Under the pieces are notes generated by a model that saw only the letters and a program-made list of their open reading frames with translations, was not told where the DNA came from and ran no database searches. The position numbers were made by a program, and so were the translations under genes. From contig NW_026782056.1 of assembly GCF_031769215.1 (NCBI RefSeq), positions 496,001 to 560,000 of the forward strand: a stretch of 64,000 bases of DNA, written 5' to 3'. The DNA is from Ylistrum balloti. Taxonomy: Eukaryota. Shown piece by piece: positions 39,538 to 51,500 of this stretch (position 1 is its first letter; every line of letters starts with the position of its first letter).

Positions 39538-42500
39538 CTATTGGTTACAAGACGAGAGGGATAAGTATCAAATCCACAAAAATTAAATGGTGGTTAATCA
39601 ATCCATCAAACTATCATGCTAATGTTGTTTAACTTGTCTTCAACTATTAATGAAAATTAACTTTGCAGTATTACACAAATACTCAAAAGATGATAAACCA
39701 TGGTTTTACATTAACGCGAAAACACAAAGTTTCTGTCCACGTTCTATAGTACGGACAAGCGAATTGTCAAATTTTCGAGGCAACTTGCCCCTTTATCAAG
39801 ACACAAATATTACATGAATTACATCACCTACACAGAACATAAAACAAATACATAGTTATCAATTTAGATCGAGAGCGGTTGTGTAAATTATGGTGTCGCG
39901 ATAATGCCTTCGACCGATGGAAGCCGGAGGCCCTTTATAGCGGATAAAAAACCATCCCAAGTTGTTGTATGGAAGATGGTGATTAAAATACAAAAAAATG
40001 TTTTATATCAATCTCGGAATGTTTTGCACTGTAGACACTAAGCGCATATATGATTGCATGTCACACTCCGTGGAAAGTAGTCTACCGGTACATCTCGGCC
40101 ACATTGCATTGTTTTATTATAAATAATCATAATTTATTGTAAAAAGTTGTAAACTGTATATGCAGTTACAATAAAAAGTGATTTGATGAAANNNNNNNNN
40201 NNNNNNNNNNNNNNNNNNNNNNNNNNNNNNNNNNNNNNNNNNNNNNNNNNNNNNNNNNNNNNNNNNNNNNNNNNNNNNNNNNNNNNNNNNNNNNNNNNNN
40301 NNNNNNNNNNNNNNNNNNNNNNNNNTTTTCCGGTCATGCACAACATGTTTATTATGTCTTCAAATCATTACAACTCGCGGTGATATTTTATATTTTGATA
40401 TGTCTCGAGCTAGGAAATGCATCTCTTTAATAGAAATCTTATTTGCATCATGCGATTGGTTATCGATCTGATGTTTCTTTATTGTACTGGCTCACCAGCT
40501 AAAACATGGTTATATATCGAGAGAATAACTTTGAACTGTACTTATTTCTGAAGGTATTGAAGTGTGATTTGATTAAATCATACTTACATATCTGTGCACA
40601 CGACTGTGTTCCTTATGTTGTCCAGACATGTACATCTGACATCACATCCATCTGTATAGGTCTCAGTGAGGTTAAGATATTGGGTCTTGTATTGACAGAA
40701 TCCTGTTACAAAATAAGTAAATTCCGTCTTATGTCTGCGTCTTTAAAAATAATGACATCAAAGGAGGCTGCTTCATGATTTCCAGACACACATAGAAACT
40801 ATCTTAAGTTCTTGCAATATATATCTATGACATCAATAATAACAAATGGATAAATAAACACCATTAGTGTTACATTGGCGATATGTAAGTAGAGTTGGAG
40901 AAGACGGCCATAAGTAGGAAGTGGTGACAAAGCTTCAGATCAAAAGCGTCAATTAAAGGAAGAGAAATGATGTGTAAGTTATCAGAACAAGCTAGATCTC
41001 TCTGACGTCAATATACTTTTCTAAAAATCTTGAATGAACGATTTGTCTATGTCTTATAAGGTACTTCTGTGTTATATTGAGAACGTTTGTCGAAACAACA
41101 TGATTTAAATTGTTTTGAAATGACTACGAAAAAACAGCACGATGAGTTTACGGCTAAACCTATGTAGGCAAATGTAGTGTTATTGATGACCTCGACTTGT
41201 ACAGTATCGTTACAGTGCCTAAAGATTTGACTATAAGCATGGTATCAATACTTTATATTAGTGATTAGAAATATATCATTTCCATTAGAGATGCTGCTAC
41301 ATCGATCTTAAAATCAAAACCAACCACAACCCAACGTAAACCAGTTTTGAGTATAAAATGCCGATAAGAGCAGATTGAGGTTGTTGCGCTGGAGTCCAAG
41401 GGAGGACCTCAAGTGAGAAAATCAAGATTATTTATATTGAAATTGATAACGAACTCCAATAAATATCATTATATGATAATACTATTTACCAATACAAGCA
41501 TGATCGACGCAAACGCATGTAAACTATTGCACGATATTTTTATCAGACAAACGAACGACTAACGCCATAACACCAGATGCATCTTACACGTATGTTTGAG
41601 GGAAACAAGGAAAACTGACTTACCAGGCTTGTCCGAAGGAGGTCCCTCGTATGTATGTGACAAAAGCTGTGAGGCGGCAGTTAAGTTTCCGGATGTTGGA
41701 GCAAGATTCGATTGTTTTGAAGGAGCAAACGGTTGTGTTACAGCTGTGTTGAAGAAAGACGGACATAAATAAATACGATGTTTTCTACCAAATAGACTTT
41801 GTGTACAGACGGATAAGAACTGTGATGTGGTATAAAATTCGAAACGAGGAAACAAATATCTGCTGGCAGAACATTCCTTTTTAAAGCGATTTCTGAACTC
41901 AGTCGTGAAATTAGTTAGACGGTTAGACAACCGTCAAAAATATTTATACTGCAAGGATACTACAGCAATGGCGAAATTAAACAAAATACATTTTTCACTG
42001 CAGATTTAGAATGAATACAGTAGAGCCAAATACTAAGATAGACCACATCATAGGGCTGTGCTTTTAGCGCTCATCAGTGATGCTAAGTACTTGCATTGTT
42101 GAAACCAATGAAGCGACACAGGAAAATCTGTGTAGGTCTCATAATATAAAAACTACATAAAGCAGATAATTGGAAGCCCTATCTCTAAATTCAGTCGATT
42201 ACATATTTTTCGATAAGATATTTAAAAAAGTGAAGATCCGTTTATTCTGAAACATGTTACCACATGGATGAATGAAAACTTTGCATACAGGTTACGGCAA
42301 ATCTCAGGGACTACAAGTCCAGCACTGTTCACTAAACAACAGTAATATAACACCTTTCAATACAAACTAAATGGAAGATGTCATCATTTAACTTTTTTAT
42401 ATAAAGTCCAAGTTTTGTAAAATCACAAAAGTTTTAAAATATCGTTCTTGTGTTCAGTGAATTCCCCGTACCAAATTATGTAAAACATACATTTACTAAT

Positions 42501-45500
42501 CCCTTTAAGATTGTGTCTGAACTTTAAAATCGGTGATAATGAACAATTTCATGTTTGGAAGTATATTTGCTGGTAGTGGAATACCAAACAGGACACTACT
42601 GTCTCATCTCTTGGCCTACATAGCTTTGGTTCCATTTGAGGTTGGATTTTTTGCATGAAAAAAGAAAGTGCGTTATAGGGTTTTCTTAACGGAAGCAGAT
42701 AATGTCAGAAAGGAAGATTTGTTGACAATTTCACACAAAAAGGAACGTGGCAACAAAGGAAATGTTTTATATTTCAACAAAGAAAGAAAATGATAGGTCA
42801 ACCAATACGGAACCGCGTTATTCATTCCAGTAAACGGAAGGGGATGATAAGGAATGACACTTACAATGAATATATATTCAAATATAAGATGTAAACATAC
42901 CGGTACCAGTAGTATTCCCGGATCCAGGAACACTTGATGGTCGCACGGGAGCTGTGAGACAAATAATACAGTCGTACAGTACATGTATATACATAATTAA
43001 AACACAATGATTCTATTTATCGATAACTTGACATTCATATTTATTCAGAGATAAAGGATGGTAATAAAAATAACAACATTCTATGGTTTTCATGACGATC
43101 TCAATTTCCTTTATAAATAAAATTGTATTCCACTATATATTAAGCAATTTGCTGTCGACATACAGAAGGACTTCCACTCGTTGCAAACGCTCTTACGTTG
43201 GAACCTATTCTATTTTCTTCCATGATAAAAAGTTTAATGTGTCTAATGATAGTTAATGTTAAGTGTCATTTGGAGACATACTATGTAATTCCACAAAGGA
43301 ATTTGTATACTTTTATGCTACATACCTCCACATAAGCTGCAAAACGATTTACAGTTTTCCCTGGCGAAGCCTTCATAAGTTGTACACAAATCCTCTCCGT
43401 ATTCCTTACAAAGAGGATCCTTGTCTGCGCAAGCCTCTAGTTTACCTGATGAATCAAATTTATTTGTAACAACACTTGAACTTTGAACACTTTCCTCTTA
43501 TTCATCAATCGCTTACCTAGATTTATTTTACAACGACACTAACAGGGACAACTTTCGCCCTGGTGCATAATTAACGTAATGATTTCATTTTATCTATTGT
43601 GAATTTCCATGTCTGGATGTGCTTGTTCCCAGCATCACGATTTTCGTTCAAGATGTCGGCAATCTGCAGGGACAATCATAGCAAAGTTTGGAGTGATGCA
43701 AGTTGATGAAAACTATGAGTATTTTTTATGAATGATCTCAGTGAGAAATATTTTATTTCTTTGTGTAATATGAAGGTGGACATGTTTTATGCTCGTTAGT
43801 AAACCTAATTGTTCTGCTGTTGTTGCTAACACGGATTAATAAAGATTTACATCGCGGGTGTAGTCGATAAAGCAGAAGACGTTTATCCTTCCGAACACCT
43901 GGTCGTATTGTCCTTGCCTTATTTAGGATTAAGTTTGATATTGTCTATCAAATTTATATCAGTTTCACAAATACATCCAACAAATAGTTATTAAATTGAA
44001 GAGTGATATTACATAACACTGCGACAGACTGGAACAATAAAATTTAGAATACAGGTTTGTATAGATAAAGAAATGAAAAGGAAACACTGCAATCAGCCGT
44101 TACTAATGAGCGACAAATTCTTAATAATATGTCGAGATAAATTCAAATGTCCCCATAAAATGAGGCAGGCACAAACCCAAACAGTCCAGACGCGCACAAT
44201 CCTGTGTCTGATCAAAACACTTGACCGAATTCTGAATCACGATTTGTATATCAAAAAGTAAATGAAAGGAAAAAAGACGTCCAGTACCGGTAACGAAAAT
44301 TAACACAAAAACTCTTATCTGAATCCAGTATATGAGAACTTCTAGGAAATTAGTATTTAGAAGTAAATAGTCATTTATAGTCGAAAGTGAGTTAAGGAGG
44401 AACTGTCCTTGAATGTTATAAACGAGGACAGTGGAGGAAGAAGCGAGTACATTCCCTTACAGGATGATCACAATTACTGGCAGGGGTGTTAACTACATAT
44501 GTAGATGAAAATTAATAGAATCTGATTTCAAATAACTAGCAGATTTTATAACGCTAAGGACGTCATTGTGGGAAACCGACAAGAGCGATATACATTTAGA
44601 CATACATTTAGTGAGGGACTGGTGTCATACTGGTAGAGTTACATCAAAAAGTCTATAGTCTCGAAGAGAATAATGATAATGTTATTATTTATAAAAGGCT
44701 GTTGTTGAAAATCCTAAAAAAATGTTTGATGCAAATGTCTTGGTTTCATATTCAATTTGATATGATCAATATTATATTCTATTTCACCGACATATGACAA
44801 AATGAATAAACACTCCAATGTCAGGTAACCAGGTTAAGACGTTCATGATTAATCTTCCCAATGTCATGTTACCGGGTTAAACATGTTTGATTAACCCTCT
44901 TAAGGTCATGTTACCTTTGACAAACTATGCCAATCGCTCTATTAGATATAAACAGCCTCTAATAAATTTACCAATTACATTCCTTAGAGCCTTGATTAGG
45001 ACAACTAACGTAAGGAAGCACTAAAACATAGAATTCAGTGCGAAACCACGCTTAATACATAAAACATCTTCATGTTACCTGGACAATATCCACAACGGAG
45101 AGCACAGTTACGTCTCGCCCAGGCTTCATAATCACCGAAACATGAGCTATCTGGGAAGTAATCACAGTCGGTTCTGATGTTTCTGCAGTCAGTTAATAAA
45201 CCTGAAAACGATACATATAGTATCATATTAAGCTTGAACTTACGTTGATGAATTAAAACATCTCCAGTAGAACACGGAAATAAAGTTATCTGTTCAGAGC
45301 ATCAACATTGTTAAATATCATACGTATTTTATTGGTCTCTTTTGGGGACAGAAAATATCAAAGACAATGTATAACGTACAATTGAAAATTCAAAACACTT
45401 ACTCTGCATGATGGGATCTAGAGTGGTGCTAGGAGCTTGAGTGGTTGGTGGAGCAATAGGATCTATAAAATACACCAACATGAAATAAGTATTTTGTACA

Positions 45501-48500
45501 AAGGAACAAATTAAGAATCAAATGCATTAGAATCAAGTGACATAATAAACTGCATCAAACAGCTATTTCGTCCCTCTGTGACTCGTCGTTGCTGAACAAA
45601 CAACATTTGTCTAGATAAGTTAGCCGTTCTGTAAAAAATAGACACCATGGCTTATGGCGAAAAGAAAAACTGAAAATAACAGAATATGTTGGCAGAAATC
45701 ATTTCAAATCTATAATCATCATAATTTTTCAGTTGCTTACTATTGCAATCTCTTAATCTACTCCAACCGTTAGAAAGAACAGAAATAAAATGAAATAATG
45801 AAAATGCAAATCATATGTCACAAAGGATTAACTTAGTAATGAACATACTTACTGTCACACAGTTTACAGAAAGCTCGGCAGTTGTCCTCTCTGAAAATCT
45901 TAAAGATGGGATTGGTACACAAGTCATCGTTGTACTCATTACAATTTGACAAGGTGTCCTGACATGGAGGAGGTGTTGTAGGGGCTGTAACATTCACAAA
46001 AAAAGTTCATTGACTACGATCAGAAGTATGAGATACAAAGCGCAATAGGTATGACCAATAAGTCAGACAAAACGTATTGAGCATGATCAGAAGTAAAACA
46101 ATTGAATATGATCAGACGGCAGACAAGGCTTATTGTGTATGATTAGAAGTAAGACAGACTAATTGAATATGATCAGACGGCAGACAAGGCTTATTGTGTA
46201 TGATTAGAAGTAAAACAATTGAATATGATGCAGACAAGGCTTATTGTGTATGATTAGAAGTAAAACAATTGAATATGAGACAAGGCTTATTGTGTATGAT
46301 TAGAAGTAAGACAGACTAATTGAATATGATCAGACGGCAGACAAGGCTTATTGTGTATGATTAGAAGTAAAACAATTGAATATGATCAGACGGCAGACAA
46401 GGCTTATTGTGTATGATTAGAAGTAAGACAGACTAATTGAATATGATCAGACGGCAGACAAGGCTTATTGTGTATGATTAGAAGTAAGACAGACTAATTG
46501 AATATGATCAGACGGCAGACAAGGCTTATTGTGTATGATTAGAAGACAGACTATTGTGTATATGATAAAACAATTGAATATGATCAGACGGCAGACAAGG
46601 CTTATTGTGTATGATTAGAAGTAAAACAATTGAATATGATCAGACGGCAGACAAGGCTTATTGTGTATGATTAGAAGTAAGACAGACTAAAACAATTGAA
46701 TATGATCAGACGGCAGACAAGGCTTATTGTGTATGATTAGAAGTAAGACAGACTAATTGAATATGATCAGACGGCAGACAAGGCTTATTGTGTATGATTA
46801 GAAGTAAAACAATTGAATATGATCAGACGGCAGACAAGGCTTATTGTGTATGATTAGAAGTAAAACAATTGAATATGATCAGACGGCAGACAAGGCTTAT
46901 TGTGTATGATTAGAAGTAAAACAATTGAATATGATCAGACGGCAGACAAGGCTTATTGTGTATGATTAGAAGTAAAACAATTGAATATGAAGACAAGGCT
47001 TATTGTGTAATTGAATATGAATCATGATCAGACGGCAGACAAGGCTTATTGTGTATGATTAGAAGTAAAACAATTGAATATGAAGACAGACAAGGCTTAT
47101 TGTGTATGATTAGAAGTAAGACAGACTAATTGAATATGATCAGACGGCAGACAAGGCTTATTGTGTATGATTAGAAGTAAGACAGACTAACCTTATCGAG
47201 TTTGATCAGAAGGAAGACAGACAAAACGTAATGAGTATGCTCAGAAAACAGACAAAACATATTGAGTGCAATTAGAAATAAGACAACTAAGCTTATGGTG
47301 TATAATACATACATAAACCCTTGTTCGCATCACTGAAACAAATACCACCCAATACGCATTAGGGTAATTATACAAATGCCAAAAAATAAGCTGATGGGCG
47401 ATTGTTTACCTATTTAAAGTGCCATATTGAACCATATTGAAGGAGACAATATTTTGTTAAATATATCAAAGTAGGTTATTTCAAGTTGTCAGAGATGATT
47501 TGTGACAGGAGTTCCTACGTTTTTAATTTAGAAAGGAGTTCTAGATAGCTTACTCTGTGAGATCATTCGTAAGTTGTGATTACTTATCTAAATATATTGT
47601 TGATGTAACAATGGTTTGTTTACATTCAGTGCTTAATTGTTTACACGAGTTCGAATTCATTGTTGGTGGGGAGAGGGGTTCATTCGGTATTTTTAAGAAA
47701 AATTCTTACCTCCGCAGAATCCACAGAATTTGCGACATCGAACTTCAGCCCAGGGTCTGTATGGCCCCTCGACACACACTTTATCGAAACCGTATTGTCG
47801 ACAATTTGATAATTTGTCTTCACAGACTAAAACAAATCATCAAATATACAATGAAATAATATTAAAGTTGGAAATGAATGCATAAAATTAATTAATAACT
47901 AGGTATATCGGGTATAATAACAGTCACGGGAAAAAATGACATTTCAGCACCAAAATCAGAAATCTTTCCAAAGTAACAATGTATTTGTCCACTTGGCAAT
48001 GATTCTTCATTTGGAAAATAAAAATCAACCGAATCACCTACTTACCTTCCGTGACACCTGCAATGGTAATGTCAGAAGTGTCATACTAAGATACTTACAT
48101 GCAAGACGAAACATCTTATTCATTGTAAGAAATAACATATTGCAAAGCCATGATAATAAATTATCCCGACAAAACACATATCATTTCATTTATATTTAAA
48201 TATCCTGACGCTGTCTGACGTCAGAACTTAATATATTTACTGTAATTATATTTGAATACACACACACGTTATTTAAGGGTAAGTGTAAATGCAAAGTGAT
48301 CCTGGAATAAAACAGTGTGGGTTCATGTTCCTTTTTGTCCCCAATCGTGTGATTTAATGTATGTTATACATTGTAATTTTAGCCAATGAACCGGCATTCA
48401 AACATCCTAAAAGTAAATATTATGTAATTGTCTACAAAAACAGATATTGTCAAGATTCGTCACGTCATACTTGTCACAACCTTCCACAAACGTGCCAGTA

Positions 48501-51500
48501 CTAAGGACCAAAGTGTCAGACAAACTCTATTTTATCACGAGGCTAATTGTTGGAAATTCGAACATTTTAGAAAATAGTCAATCAATTATACAGAAAGTTT
48601 GACAGATGATAAACTTAATTAAGATAGGAGAGAGTGAGAAAAGGAGATAAGATAAACGAAAATATGTAGCAAGCTCAAAATTCATCAAATTCATATTAAT
48701 CCTTTATCATCAAATGTGGAAATCACAAATACCGGCATTAGTTGTTACAGAGGGGCCAGTTGAAGTAGGTGGTACTGTAACAGGACCAGCTGGTGTCTCA
48801 GACGGAGGAACTGTGTCCGGTCCTGAAGAGGGTCCTGTGACTGGTTCTTCTGTTGTTCCTGTCGCAGGTTGTTCTGTGCTTCCTGTGGCTGGTACTTCGG
48901 TTGATCCTGTCGGGAGTTGTTCTGTACTTCCTGTAGCTACGACTTCAGTTGAAACCAAACCAGGTTGTTCTGTTGTTACATTAACTGGCACTAATACAAT
49001 TTATAAGAAAAAAAATCTATAGAAAATATCGCAAAAAAACATTAGTTCGATTTACGTTATGAATTTTTATGATTGGGCATTTAAGTTCTGTAAGCACATC
49101 TTCATAATCAAAAGTTATAGGGAGTGAACTGCATATGAAATAAGCAATCCAATACACACATTGATAACTAAAATTGAAGAAAGATATATGACTCACCACT
49201 GGAAACTGATGGTGTTGGTACACCAGAATCTGTTGTCAAATCAGGTCCATTTGAAGGTGTTGGTACGCCTGAATCTGTTGTCACGTCTGGAACTGATGGT
49301 GTTGGTACGCCTGAATCCGTTGTCACGTCTGGAACTAGTGGTGTTGGTAGGCCTGAATCTGTTGTCATGACTGGCCCATTTGAAGGTGTTGGTACGCCTG
49401 AATCTGTTGTCAAATCAGGTCCATTTGAAGGTGTTGGTACGCCTGAATCTGTTGTCAAATCAGGTCCATTTGAAGGTGTTGGTACGCCTGAATCTGTTGT
49501 CACGTCTGGAACTGATGGTGTTGGTACGCCTGAATCTGTTGTCCCACTAGGCATTATTGAAGGCGTTGGTATGCCTGAATCTGTTGTCATGATTGGACCT
49601 GATGGTGTTGGTACGCCTGAATCTGTTGTCACATCTGGCCCATTTGAAGGTGCAGATACGCCTGAATCCGTTGTCATTTCAGGTCCATTTGAAGGTGTTG
49701 GTACGCCTGAATTTGTTGTCACTTCTGGTCCATTTGAAGGTGAAGATACACCAGAATTGGTTGTCATTTCTGGTCCGTTAGAAGGTGCAGATACGCCCGA
49801 ATCCGTTGTCACTTCAGGTCCATTTGAAGGTGTTGGTACGCCTGAATCCGTTGTCACTTCTGGTCCATTTGAAGGTGAAGATACACCAGAATTGGTTGTC
49901 ATTTCAGGTCCGTTAGAAGGTGTTGGTACGCCTGAATCCGTTGTCATTTCAGGTCCGTTAGAAGGTGCAGATACGCCAGAATCCGTTGTCACTTCAGGTC
50001 CATTTGAAGGTGCAGATACGCCTGAATCCGTTGTCATTTCTGGTCCTTTTGAAGGTGAAGATACGCCTGAATCTGTTGTCACTTCAGGTCCATTTGAAGG
50101 TGCAGATACGCCTGAATCCGTTGTAATTTCAGGTCCATTTGAAGGTGCAGGTGTTGATAACCCAGAATCTGTTGTGTTTTCTGAACCGCTGGGTGACTCG
50201 GTTGTAACGTTATCAGTTGACGGAGCCATTTCGGTAGAGGTGGGACCCATTTCTGTTGTAGTTGGGGTTTCAGGGGGAGATTCGGTTGAGGTTGCTGGTG
50301 GAGCCTCGGTAGAAGTTGTCGTTGGAGGGGCAGGCCCTTTTTCGGTGGTAGTTTTTACTGGTCTGACTGGAAACGCTAAAACATTTTAAACATATCGTTA
50401 ATAATCAGACTTCAAACAGCAGACAACAACATTTAAATACGAACGTTGGAGGAGGTCTGCTGTCTGTGATAAATTTAATATCATCTGATTATATCATTGC
50501 TTGTTAAAAGGAATATTTCATTTCTAGTTTTGAATTTGAATTCATCCTAAATTTGTATCAAAAGGTGCTATTCACTTGTATGTTTTTTATGTGTTTTGTA
50601 TGTGGTTTAGAAAACTTGCGGTTTCTGGCGTAAATATTACCCGTTCATTATAACACTCAATCAAATTAAAAGATGTTCTTCGCTTTACCTGGTTCAACTA
50701 TTTCCGCGCCAGTTCCCTCATTTTCGGGGGAGGGAAGTGCTGGAGGGGGTTCCAGAGTAGTAGGCGCCTTCGTGGATGGAGGACTCTCCGTGCTGGTCTG
50801 GGTGGTAGGGGGTTTCTCTGTCATAAAGCCATTTGGTTCTGCTCCTGTACCGGCTTGCCTCTTCAACGCTTGATTCAATTGATGATAAAGTTATAACTAT
50901 TTTATAATATTATACACGGGCAGAGCGTCAACGATTACTAATACATGAATATTTTTAGTATAAAGTATATGAAAAAAATAAGAAATACCGCCATGCTATT
51001 CAAAAATAAAACATTCTTTTTCTATAAAGGTTACATACCTACGTTTATAACCATTGAACGTACTAATTAATGTATAATCCTATATAAACATGCTTCACGA
51101 ATTAGTAAGAAAATAAAAAAAAAAAAAAATGAAATATCCTTACTCGTGACTGCTTCACCTAATTTTATTTTAATTAAATAGATTTATTTTTATCATTAAA
51201 AATTCATATAGAAATTATTTCAAAAATAAACTTCAAGATATTTTAAATAGCATCGAACGATCGAGCGAATATCACATGGGGTAAGTGTGGTGTTTGTACA
51301 TTGAATTCGACAAAGACGATTGTCCTTAGTCACCATACAGAGTTCATCACTTCAGACCCGTATCATCTGTGACTTTTAAGTACGGAGCACTATTTCTTGT
51401 TCTGTTTTACAAGTGCACAGTTTCTATCTTTCAATTTTATTGAGAGGTAATATTCACTAAATGCATGTATCTGATCCGCTCTTTGTATATCGCAGTCACA

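Noticed and set aside
40117-40383. ORFs spanning the N run
   Set aside because: Artefacts of translating N.
40496-40498. 3-nt microexon candidate ttttag|CTG|gtgagc in the last intron
   Set aside because: Inclusion would create TGA mid-domain, and three bases between common motifs is not evidence.
41270-41407. Minus-strand GPPLDSSATTSICSYRHFILKTGLRW resembling a VWC start
   Set aside because: It lacks the DGC and CxC cysteines, has no good donor and runs to a stop. It is chance or fully decayed.
44416-44492. Exon-like minus-strand segment VNTPASNCDHPVRECTRFFLHCPRL* with C-x6-C-x6-C spacing
   Set aside because: It stops before the last three cysteines, has no phase-compatible donor, and the expected eighth ShK was found at 43326-43445.
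48714-50873. Plus-strand ORFs 48714-49022, 49367-50389 (340 aa) and 50673-50873
   Set aside because: They are antisense shadows of the T/P/S-rich minus-strand exons; the splice signals and domain logic are all on the minus strand.
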